Source of the DNA: Nageia nagi
Lineage: Eukaryota; Plantae; Pinophyta
Reading direction: 5' to 3'
Length of the DNA: 64,000 bases
Assembly (NCBI GenBank): GCA_050084985.1
Contig: JBITNC010000001.1
Location: forward strand, 141,856,001-141,920,000
In this document: positions 39,420 through 50,615 of the stretch, piece by piece
Numbering within the stretch: the first letter of the stretch is position 1
How the letters are laid out: the number at the start of each line of letters is the position of its first letter
The notes under the pieces: model-generated
The model's input: only the letters and a program-made list of their open reading frames with translations
The model's database searches: none
Told to the model about the DNA's origin: nothing
Position numbers and translations under genes: made by a program

Positions 39420-40344
39420 AGATTTGGTGTGATGAAGGTATTTCGGTTAAGGTGTGGTGTGAGAGTGAAATGTTGTGTGGGTTTACAAAAAAAATAAAAA
39501 AGGGGGTGGGGGGGGGGGGGGGGTTGCAATGTATTATTAGAGACATAATATTACTTTTAATTTTACTTTTAAGGAGTAATAAGGTAAGTCACTTAAGTGA
39601 TATTATAAAATGCAACCTCAACAAAGAATTATAAAATTTGGCTATAAAAGGAGATGAGGGGCATTCATTTGGGCATGCTTGGATTAGAATTGAATTTTAT
39701 TTGGAGTTTCTCCAATTTCACTCTTCCGGACGAAAACCCCAAGAGGAAGCCATAAGGACAAAAATCCTTTTCGCTTGCGGGTGTAAGGACGAAAACCCTT
39801 GAATTCTCCATTGGCGAATTCACCCAGGATTCACATTTGTGCTTCATTGGCCACATTGGCATTCAGCATTGGAGGAGCATTTCCAGCACTTGGAGCATCC
39901 TATCTCCTCTTTGATTCAAACGCCCAACCATTTGGAGTATTTTGAATGATTTTTGTGCATCTTTCAGCTAGATTTGGCATACGCATTTTCCTACGTTTTG
40001 CATTCATTTTGAAGCTTCCAAAGGCGTTATTCAGTTGGAGAAAAGCAAAGTGACGTTTTGAGCATTCAGATCTGTTTGCCCAACCTCTATGGCATTTTTG
40101 TGCTCATTGAATACTTGTACTTGTTCTCCTTGGTGAATAATAATTGCTTGGCACTCATTTTTTATTTTTTTTGGCAACTCTGGTGCATATTTTAGAGCAA
40201 TTACAGATCTGGTTTGTGGCATAATTTCTGAAATTATTTACAAATATTTTGAGTAATATTGTAGAGCTAATTTATTGGAAAATTTTGGCTAAAAATCTGA
40301 AATTGTTTTGAGTATTTTGATGAGCCCTAGTTTGGCTCATCATA
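39420..40344 (+). repeat. 3' LTR of LARD-like element, missing its first ~48 bp
   Basis: Homology to the 5' LTR begins at agatttggtgtga. Ends catcata followed by the TSD. Confidence 0.88.
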
Positions 40345-40349
40345 CACCT

Positions 40350-40500
40350 TATTTTGAGCCCCCCATTGCTTGATGACGAAGGGAAATGATTCCAAATTAG
40401 ATTTTGGATTGAAGGGAAAGATGACTAAGGAATAGGGTATGGATAGTGGTAATCATGCAATGGAAAAGACTTCCATCAAAAAATGCCACCTTGTAATTGG
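40350..40500 (+). pseudogene. Chromodomain remnant of chromovirus integrase
   Basis: PLLDDEG..ILD.RE..LRNR...MQWKRLPSKNAT, continuing INT after the CACCT TSD. Confidence 0.7.
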
Positions 40501-40558
40501 TTAGTATTTTGGACCATCCAACTTTGTCTTGCTTGAAGCAAGTCGGGAGGTGGAGATT

Positions 40559-40986
40559 TGCCATGACCTTGATTTGCAAAAATAAAAAATAAAAGGTTGG
40601 TTTTATCCCACATGCTTAAGTGAATAGGTGGGACCTATTGAGAGCTTCTATATATTGTACTTTTTTCTTTAAATGAAAAGGTTTTTAGAATTTTTTTTTG
40701 AAACAACATTTTTGGAATTTCTATGTCCCCCTTCATTGGTTCTTTCTATTTTGATGACAACCAAGTTGCATATTTCTACTTGACCAAGGAATGCTTAGAA
40801 GTTAAGTTTTGATGTTAAAGTCATGATCCATTGTACTTTATGGAATTTATCCATGTATGTAAGTTATGCTATATATCTAATGTTAGGGTTTGTGAAAAAT
40901 AAAAATAATAACATCAGAAAATAACAGAAAATTATCATATTACATTTTATGGGTTTTTTCCGTTTCATTTGGTTTGACATATTACA
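40559..40986 (+). repeat. 3' LTR of chromovirus
   Basis: Preceded by the PPT. tgccatgacc...catattaca, followed by TSD TTTTG. Confidence 0.8.
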
Positions 40987-41958
40987 TTTTGCCTTCGTTT
41001 TTAGTTTTTGCTGCTCCTCAAATAAGCTCCCGTGGTAGGCGCATATCTCTAATACTATGTTTGGTTCCACTCTCCTAGATACTTTCACATCCCTGCCTGA
41101 AATGCGGTCAAGATGATCTTTGACATGGTTAATTCCACCATGTATAACTTTGTCACAGTAATTGCATTCCAATTGTTCACTCCGTTCCTTGCAATGTTTC
41201 CATCCAAGGTATCTTCTTCCACTCATTGTTGCCACCTAAAACTGCATCATTAAACAAAGAGATTTTTCATAAACTTAGCCCTAGAAAAAAAAACTCAGCC
41301 CCATAAACAAGACTTAGCCCTAAAAAAATCAGCCCTATAAAAAAAACTTAGCCCTAGACAAAAGTTTACAATCTTAAAACAAAAACTAGTTAATCACATG
41401 TATTTGTTACTGGTTAGGCTTACAGTGTATAATTTTGATGTTGATAGGTAGGCTTAAGTTGGCTTTTCTTCACTTCTGGTCTCAGCTCTGCAGTTTGGAC
41501 AACTTTGAAATGACAAAAAAACAAAGAAATATCCAAATTTAAATTGAATCCTGCTTTTCTGCCAGCGCAGCTGAAATAATTTGTGTGAAATTCACTGAAT
41601 ATTTGGTCTCAAAAATAATGGCCAAATATTTGGCAAAAATTGCATATTCCAGAATGTGTTTTTTGCTGAATTTTTCAGTTAATATGCATTTAACCCTGAG
41701 TGGCAAATAATCAGCCAAATAAACTGATTATGTACTGAATCGTGTAACAATGACTAAAATATCCAAAATGGTGAAGACAATTTGAAATATTTTTGATGAC
41801 TTGTATACTATGGATCGAAATGTACAACTTTTGAATTCTGATCCCAATTGAAGAAATTCAGATGCTGCATGTGCACTCCTAAGTGAAAGCTTCAGAGATT
41901 TTGGTCAATGAACCAACTCTGATGCTACCTGAGACAAAAAGAAACAAGATTAAAAAAA

Positions 41959-42601
41959 GGGAAGCTTACCAAAATACCCCTATAAATTCATAAAATTACC
42001 AAAATACCCTTCAATCTTCAAAAATTACCAAAATACCATTATAAGTTCATGAAAATTACCAAAATACTCTTAAATTTTATGAATTAAAAAATGAAAAACA
42101 TTTTAATACTCTTATGAAAATAAAATAATGATTGCAATATTTCATTCTATTTATTTATTATTTAGAAAATTGAATACTTTTAATTTATTGTAATAAAAAT
42201 TCATTGCAATCTTACATACCAATTGAATCTAAAAGACCATCATATCATATTAACATACATTTCTTTAAAGATTTATAATTTAAAAAAAAAATTATTTATT
42301 TATTTTTTAAACAATAACATAACTCTCCAATTTATCCAATTCATATAATAATTATATTTATTTTAATTTATATAAGAATATTTGTTTATTTTATAAATTT
42401 TAAAGGTATTTTGGTAATTTTTATGAACTTATAGAGGTTTTTGGTAATTTTCATGAACTTATAGGGGTTTTTGGTAATTTTTAAAGATTGAGGGCATTTT
42501 GGTAATTTCATGAACTTACAGGGGTATTTTGGTAATTTTTAAAGATTGAGGGGTATTTTTGTAACTTCATAAACTTACAGGGGTATTTTGGTAAGTTTTC
42601 C
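41959..42601. mobile_element. Mutator-like foldback MITE (643 bp)
   Basis: Long TIRs GGGAAGCTTACCAAAATACCCC vs reverse-complement GGAAAACTTACCAAAATACCCC, built of ~30-bp aattaccaaaatacc subrepeats. 9-bp TSD TTAAAAAAA. Confidence 0.88.
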
Positions 42602-45600
42602 TTAAAAAAATGGTAAAAAGGAGATGAGAGAGATGAAGCAAATGTTAGTTTCCAAATTTATTCTTCAAGTTCATTTGTTTTAAAAGATAAATTTGCATAC
42701 TGGCCAGAAGAGAACAACTTGGATCACTTTTTTGTAATACAAAAGAATGTTAGATTTAAAGGCTATTCAGAGGTTATGGTCTTGAATGATCTTAGATTAA
42801 AGAAAAAAAATTGCCCATTATATTTGAAATTCATCAATAGTTTCGAACAACACCCTAGCCTTCAAAACAATCCTAGTATGATAAGTTATTCAGAAGCATG
42901 GAACATTTTTATGGTCAGATGGTTATACAAATTACTATAATAGTCTTAAGAAATGGCATAATGAAACCAAAAGATCAGAATTTCTTGGGGAGCAATTTGC
43001 AATGCATTTTGGACTAATGACCTGGAGGCAGTGAATTGATAATAATAAAAAAAAGACTTCAAATTTATATTAAACATAAAATTTGACTTCTCTATCTGAC
43101 TACAAGAAGATTATTAATTTAAAAACAATGTGTGCCTATGCAAAATGTTCTTTGGAAAACTTGTTTTTAAGATGCTTTGCTGAAGAAAAATATTTTTATC
43201 AGAAATTGAAAAATGATACTGTTTGATGCATTGAATAAAATTTATCCTGCATCAACCAGGACAGAGCTTGAAGATTGATAGTTCTATGATCTATCTATGA
43301 TGGCTAATGTGTAAAATAGGATAATTGGAATATTTAAATCCAGATCAAGATATAGATCAATCAATCGTCCTCGTGCAAGTAGTGAAGACATGGTGAAGTT
43401 AGGATAGATAAAGGTATCTAGTCATTAAAAGACTTGTTGAAGAGTTGTATCATATCTATTTTCAAAAAATGTTTTGATTAATTGGAAGACATTTTTCTGA
43501 GGACAAGAGGCCAACCCACCACTATTAGTGTAGACCCATTGTGATACCAAGACTATGCTAGTGTGAACTTTGAAGGAATTTTGTGTATATATATATGTGT
43601 GTGTGTAATATAGTGTTTCTATAATGACATTAATGGTCATGTAGGCAGATCAATATTATTGGTTTCTTAACCCCCTTCAACAGATCTTTGGCTTTGGATG
43701 ATAGGAGGTGCATGATATCTTGACCCAGCCCTCTTAGCGAAGGGAAGTTCGTTGGTGGCATTACCAAATTTTGCAACCGATTTCTCCTTAACCAGATGGT
43801 GCCATAATTCCTGTGGCTGATTTCTAGACCAACTTCCTGTTGCACTAATTTGGCAGAATTTCCAGGCTGGCATGGCCTATCCTTATTTTCATTCATTCAT
43901 GATATATAGCTACTCAATCCTCTTATGAAAGTACCCATCAAATATTTCTGGTCTCTTTTAGGTGATTTCTAACCCAACCAGAGTTTTCATTTAATGTTTT
44001 TCTTATGACTTGTTCAAGATGGTTACATACTTTGATAATCCATAGTAGATTTCAGCTCCTTATCAAGTGAATACCCATCATTGTTTTGTTCTTAGTTTTT
44101 CTACAACCTTCGCTGAGCTAAAATTTCCATGGCGATGTACTTACTATTCTACTGCTCTGCTAATCACTTCAAAAACCAATAGCAATGAAACCTGTTGGAT
44201 GCGAGTGACAATTTTGTTGTACTATATTGTGTCAAACTGATCTGCACCGAATAAGAAACCTTGCATGCTACAGAGAATAAGAATTATGTGCTCCAGAGGA
44301 AAGTGATAATTACTGTGAGACAGGTTTTACAGGAGATATTCGATACATACTAAAAGAGCATGATGTCAGAACTGACATTATTACTGTCAGATATCGATAA
44401 AGCTAGAACTGTTGATTCCACCATTTTGTGATATAATTAGAACATAGGTTTGCAAAGTTGGTTTCAGATCAGACACTCAAGAGCTGTGTTTATATTGTAT
44501 CTACTACCTGAAAGGCCTGTTTTTTTTTTTTTTTCTTCTAATTTGTATTTGATTAGTTTCATCATTTATGTCATTTTTTATCTGGATCCTGTGACTTTAG
44601 GTTGAATACGTTTATGAAACGAACTCATCTTCTTAGTACTATATTAGAATTGAAGCCATTCTCTATGGATAATAATGACTATGTGCTGTTCAATCTAGAG
44701 CTGAGTCTTTCTTTAAGTAATCTGTTTCTAAAAATGTATTTTCTGGTGAAAGCATTTAATCTTATCGTCCTTAAGTGTGCTATGTCTTAATGCATTATTG
44801 ATTGCCTACTGGCTGTGAAATTAAATATTGATAATTGTTTTCTTTTATGAGAAATAAAGACAATAATTTTGTTCATTGTGACAATTTTATTGAGTCATGT
44901 TTAACAGAAACGAGCATGTTAAATGAGTGTATTTAACAGAAGCTTTAGTATAAGAAGCGTGAAGTTTGTGTCGGACATACAGGATGATCCATGTTAAATG
45001 TAGTATTTATGATTAAAACAGTTATGTCAAAAAAGATTTGGCACCCAAATAAAGGACTTGTGCGAAACAAATGGATATATGGTCCACCAATCTCAAGACG
45101 ACCTAATGCTATTTAAAACCAGTGTTAAAAGAAATTGGTACAACGACACCAGAGTTTTTAGCTAAATTAAAACATCACCAATGTTAATGCTCCAAAATTG
45201 AATTATAGCAATGGCAACAACAGTAACAACCCTCATTGAATAGGACTATTTCTGATGCTTTTGAACATTTTTAAAAATTGAAGTACTTGACATGCACTTT
45301 TACACGTATCCTTTTAGATATATATATTTTTCATAGTATTGAAAAGTTTATCGAATTAATAGAGTGAACATTTCACAATAAAAATGTACTTTTTCTTGTA
45401 TTGGTCCCAAGAATATTAATGATGTCGAGTCATGTTGTGACAGATATTTTAAAAGGTGTAATTTAATTTCTATGTTTGTTCTAATGCTTATTTTAATTTG
45501 TTGTTATTGCTACTGTCATAATACTGGCTTTTTCAATGATATATCTGAATTAATAAAGGGGTTTTAGTTTCAATGCATGTTTTACGGTACAATTCAAGAT

Positions 45601-45713
45601 TGATTTTACTAATTTGAAAATGTAGTTGAAGTTTGAACATAGGACCTATCTTCTAAACTAAGTTTGTTTTAACAAAATTCATGAATTTTCTGTGTGATTT
45701 CTAATGTTTGCAG

Positions 45714-45830
45714 GTTATTGATGGCATTCCATGCTTAGTGCCAATGGATGGACAACTGCTGAGTTCAAAAGATTCAGTTGAAAAAATATCTTTATGTAAT
45801 GGAAATATTGTTGATAAAGGCAAAATTTAA
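45714..45830 (+). CDS. Last coding exon of a Trm112-like / preY (PYURF/UPF0434-family) small protein gene
   Basis: Branch point ctaat (45701) and tttgcag acceptor. Translates VIDGIPCLVPMDGQLLSSKDSVEKISLCNGNIVDKGKI*, matching the plant family C-terminus (...FPIxDGIPCLVPxDGxIL). Too short for the ORF track. Confidence 0.8.
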   Translation, partial: VIDGIPCLVPMDGQLLSSKDSVEKISLCNGNIVDKGKI

Positions 45831-46107
45831 GGTATATTCAGACTAATATAACGATTTTGAAGCAGGTTTTAAAAGCGGCTCTTTGCCTCCTTCCAAGATT
45901 GTCAACCAAGGCCCACTTAATCTTGGCTATTATACGAAGATTCCTATCAGATACTCTATAGGTGTATTCAGGTTGATTGATAGAGATCAAAATTCTTTAG
46001 GTCCTAAAAGTTTCAAGATTTAGTTGCATTAATATTGTTTATGTTATTTTAATACGTGGTATGGAAGTTTGCTCAAAAATATATTACATTTTATTATTTA
46101 ATATTTG

Positions 46108-46132
46108 ATATATATATATATATATATATATA
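46108..46132. repeat. (TA)n microsatellite
   Basis: Perfect run downstream of the putative 3' UTR. Confidence 0.95.
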
Positions 46133-46265
46133 ATATGATAAATTTAGTTAAGGGGATTTTTTATATAGGGTCCTAAAACTTGTTTTTACATTCTGGATTT
46201 TCAAAGTTAGTACATTTGATTTCAATTTTCAACCTATGCTAACCTAGCCTAGGAAAAACTGGGTG

Positions 46266-47780
46266 TTATTCAGTAGTGGTCTCCGTAGAGCCCACTACTC
46301 TAACTAATGTATGCTCGTCCAATCGGTTGTTTCGAAGTATATTCGGAGTAGACTTACTAAGTGCGAAGATTGCCCAAAGTGCCTCCATCTCAGCTTGAGT
46401 GAAATCGTCCTTGAAGTCCAAGGGGACCCGAATCAGCACATCCTTTGCCTTTAGAGCTATGAAGATCGCTTTCCTCTTTTTGTGCATTGTGTAGTCTCCG
46501 TAGAGCTTTCCTTATTGGCTTGATTGCATCGCATTCCTTAGTCTTGCCCTAGTATATTCTGTTGAAGAAGTAATGAAAGTGCTTCCTTTTCCTTCTCTGA
46601 ACCAGACGTTTTTGATAAGGTCTCACTATTGTCTTGGAGATTGCAACAGACATTGTTGAAGCCGGGGGACTTGAATCCAAGAGAGGCTCCGCTTACATAA
46701 CCTTGTTGTTTGTGATAACCAAAGCGGACACCACCTCTTCATCCACCTCCTAGGCCTTGGTGTACTTCGACGAGTTAGATTCACTTAACACAATGATCGA
46801 GGGGGATGTGGACTGGTCAAAGAGAGGTGGAGGGTCAAAGAGAAGGTGAAGGGGATACGTTAATCACCAGATAAGGATGTTGTTGGGGTAGGGAATGCTC
46901 AGGAGAGTATTGGGTGGCAGGGGAGTTTCCGTAGGGACCCACTCCAGAATCTTCGTAGGTCTAGGAAGAGCTTGTTGCAAACAGACCACACTTTGAGCAC
47001 CCCGAAGAATGAAATTGACAAGGATTTTTAGCATCCCTTGGTGAATAGGTGTACAACCCCTTTTCCTACGAATGAAAGAGTCTAATGAGTGGAATACAAA
47101 GTAGAGGGAAATGGTAATCACTAATTTCATATTAGTGCCCTTCAAGAGTGAATAAATCCACCCAAATTTTTGGCTACCACATTCCAAGGATATGACATTG
47201 AAGTCATTGAATATGCAAAATGCCTTCTAATGGGGATGGGCTCCCTGAGGTCCAAGAAGGCTTGGACATCTTTTCCTAAGGACCTGGTGTCTCTATAGTG
47301 CTTAACCTCGACATTTTCTATCCCTGTAGCCTCCATAATCAGTTAAGAACAAATAACAAACAAGCATCCATCAACCTCAACTTTCTCTGCACCCCATGTC
47401 TCAACCACTTGGCATAACCAATCAGGGTTGTGCCTTCAAGCGCATCCACAAAGCCTCGGATGCCACCTTCACACATAATTGCCCAAACAACGAGGTCTTT
47501 CTGTAGTTTCACTCCATCCATTGGTTCAAGCCTTTTCTAGCCTATCATATTGCATTTAATTGATAGAAGCAAACACCACAACCATCCTACTATCTTCGTA
47601 ATAATGCATTGCATACCATCAATAGTATCAATCTCAGGCGTCCATGGGTGAAAATAATCAACGGGTTCCCATCGCTCGATCTGTGACCTTTCTACAATGA
47701 CACCATGAGAAAAGACTTCCCACACATCCCACTCCTTGTCGGCTTTCTTATATCCCATTCTCATGTTAAACATCTATCAG
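46266..47780 (-). pseudogene. Decayed transposon-associated accessory ORF (retrotransposon extra-ORF-like), unassigned
   Basis: Tiled minus-strand fragments (EGGIRGFVDALEG; EATGI..KHYRD; YFVFHSL..PIHQGMLKIL). No element ends found. Confidence 0.35.
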
Positions 47781-49789
47781 CCCATCCTCCCTACCTTTAG
47801 TGTCCTGATCTATATCGTTCTTGTGTAATATTGAAATTTTTTCTAGTATCATAAAAATTAGAAGTTCGATGGGTACCAACTAAATACAAAAGATTAAATT
47901 GAATGTATTTATGTCTAATGAAAATGTTATTAAGAAGGACAAGATACAAGGTAATCATATTAATGCAATGATATATAAGCAACAAAGCATAGAAAAAGTA
48001 ATTATCTTGCCACCACACAATCAACATAACCTTTTGATGACACATAAAATGATAATTTACATTTTAATAACAATTTATTAGTTGTATGAGGTTAACTAAG
48101 AGTTAAATTAATATTTGTTAGCATGCAAGAATTATATAAGATATTTATATTAAAGATCTTTTAAAATAAGAATTATGTTATGCAAAATACCTTCCATTAT
48201 TAAAATAATTTTTTTACGTTTATATCAATCATGGTAGTTTAAATATGACAAACAAGTAAATAGTATGTAAATAAATTACTTCGCTTCAAATATGATCTTC
48301 TTCATATGTCCTTTTGAGTTTTTTTTTTTAATTATAAGTAAATAGTATATAACTTGTGCTAGTTTTATGTAGTCATTGTAACTTATGCTTGTTTTATATA
48401 ATCCTTATAATTTGGATTCATTTTATATAATTAAATATTTTTTACTTAATAATTCATACCTTGAAAGTTGATTATCATTATTTGTTTTTACCAGTTATAC
48501 CATTGAGTGGATTCGTGCAATACTCTTCTTTAGGTAGATGAATGAAAACTATTGGCATGATATGCTTTTGATAAAATGTTTATATGATTAAATATTTATT
48601 AATTATTATTTTTAAATTCTTAAAATTGTATTTTACTTTCAATTCATGTAACAAATGCTTATCATGTGTAAGTATATTGTGTGGCTTTTCAAGATTCTTT
48701 TGATGGCTGAATTAGAAAAGCATCTCCCTTAACCTGCAAAACAAGGTTTTATCTTAATTTATTTTTGTTTTAGTTTAATAATTTAGTAAGAAAATTAATC
48801 TCTAGATAAAAAAATAGTCTTTACGAATATCTTCTTGTTGGTTGTAGAATTCATAAGTTATGATTTTTTACTTTGGTAAAAAAAAACCTTGTAGGGGTCG
48901 CTTTTAGCTTTGTTGTGATTAGAAGGTATTGATTCTATCAAAGTCACCTATGCCTTGTAGATATCCTCAACCACACTTGCATTTTTCAATAAGGCACTAC
49001 ATAACTTGGTCAAAATAAGGGTTTGGATCCAAGTTTTATTTCCTCCAAAATTGTAACAACTTATCTTTTTCCATTACACAACTGAAAACCCTTAATACAA
49101 CCCAATACCTTAACCAAAAGATTTGATGCATCTTGAATCTTTCTTGAAAAGGATAAAATGACAATGAGTCCAAATCTGTCATGCAAGCACTTTAACACCT
49201 CATTGGTGTGTTGAGAAAATAATGTGTCTTGTTTCTTATTATAGAAAGCTTATGCTCTATGAATCGTTGTTAGGAAAACACTACAAACTAAATTACAAAG
49301 CTTCAAAACAACACCATCAAAGCTTTGAGAATCCTCCATGGGGAAGAACATGCTTTAGGCACCTCCAACACGCATGGATGTTGAGTTTCAGATAGGATCT
49401 CAACCCACATCAAAAAACCTAAGCTCAAACGTGCCCCACCTAGTCCATCAATACCTTAATCCCTTAACACAACACGAAACTAGGGCTTAAATATACAATC
49501 ACCCCTATTATTTACCCTAAAAATAAGGTAAATCCTTCATGTAGTTGTGGAGAAGAAGTCAACATAAACATCAAACACATTACATCACGATTCTTTCACT
49601 TTAGAAAAGTACACAACATTGGATCCCCATAGGCATGTTAAGTGAACAAGTGTCCTCGTTTGCATCCTAACAATGCAACAACAATTTGACTCACCATTAC
49701 AAACCTCCATGGTCCTCCATTGCTCCTCCTCTCCCCAACCTTGGCATCATAAAAAATCCATGAACTAAGGGATTTCGAAAATATTACAT

Positions 49790-50615
49790 CCCAACGGATT
49801 TTGTTGGCTTGCAATTAAGTGGTTTCCCTTATTTAGGGTTGCATAGGTTGAGTGCTTATAAGCCCAAACTCTACTTTCTTGTTGAATAGATAATTCTTGG
49901 GACAGTTTCGTGTTTGCTCTCACCAGTTGAGAGTCGAGTTAGATCATCACTTGGATCGAGATGCATAGATTTGTCACCTCTGCTCCCTTGAGATTGAATC
50001 GGAGGACCATTTCATTTTTCGGTGCTTAGTTTACTACGAGATTCGTGGTTGATACCATTGCCTCTTTCGAGACTCTCACATATCTCTATATACTTTCTTT
50101 CAGCACCCTTACCAGAGATGTTTGGCCCTCTTCCTGCGGGAATCTCTCCTCCTACGATAGTGTATCCTTGCACACACCCAACAGTTGCTAGTGAATTATC
50201 GTATAACCTCCTACTTTTGAGCTTCCATACCAGATGGGATCCACAAATGCTCGTGAGATAAGTCCCCTCTTCCTTTACGACATATTAGGAGGCGCCTTCT
50301 CACTTCATAGGCACAATTAAGGGATCACCATATTACCTCATTCTTCCCTCCCACCAGCAGAGCGTCAAGTGAAACCTCCTCGGGCATGAATGATCTTTCC
50401 TCAGTGGAGAGTGCACCCCCGACCCCACTCCCCCAGGTAGATCAAAGATGATACTTCTTGACCATTTTGCCTTTTTTTAGGGTTGTACTTATGTTTCTTT
50501 TCTTATTAGCTCATTGGGCTTACTATGGGCTTGATTGACTCATCTCTCATGATTGTATTTGTCAATCCCATTGACCGCTTTTGGCCATCTGTGGACATTA
50601 ATATATTTCTATTTC
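49790..50615 (+). mobile_element. 3' fragment of the same RTE/RTEX-like LINE family as 760-2960
   Basis: ICHLCSLEIESEDHFIFRCLVYYEIRG at ~49970-50050. The 3' end 'cccattgaccgcttttggccatctgtggacattaatatatttcta' matches the reverse complement of ~775-818. Confidence 0.75.

Larger units (their letters stand above)
34572..40344 (+). mobile_element. Non-autonomous LTR element (LARD-like, 5.8 kb) inserted between chromovirus INT and chromodomain
   Basis: TSD CACCT at 34567-34571 and 40345-40349. LTRs 34572-35576 and 39420-40344. PBS-Met tagtatcagagcc at 35578-35590. No gag/RT/INT motifs recognised inside. Confidence 0.9.
21782..40986 (+). mobile_element. Old Ty3/gypsy chromovirus (Reina-like), interrupted by three younger insertions
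   Basis: Diverged ~430-450 bp LTRs. TSD TTTTG at 21777-21781 and 40987-40991. PBS-Met tggtagcagagc at 22235-22246. PPT gggaggtggaga at 40545-40556. Remnants of gag, PR, RT, INT and chromodomain. Confidence 0.85.
20355..41752 (-). mobile_element. hAT DNA transposon split by a 19-kb nested insertion
   Basis: BED-finger part at 41235-40992 (GWKHCK...ECNYCDKVIHGGINHVKDHL). DUF659 part at 21776-20524 (FNVVSSPYY; EVGPQNEVKVVKDNA..WIPSAAHCIDLI). Imperfect TIRs catagttaaaaaatt and (reverse complement) cattgttacacgatt, with shared subterminal gtttatttgg.tga.tatttgc. An 8-bp TSD was not recovered. Confidence 0.7.

Noticed and set aside
43383-43890. Small solo LTR or Copia 3' remnant
   Set aside because: TGAAG...CTTCA ends and a PPT-like run are present, but there is no matching TSD or partner LTR.
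42610-45700. Upstream exons or snoRNAs of the Trm112-like gene
   Set aside because: I scanned by eye and found no matching peptide with splice sites and no convincing C/D box pair.
48890-49789. Solo LTR ending ...atattaca
   Set aside because: LTR-like composition, but the start and TSD could not be established.
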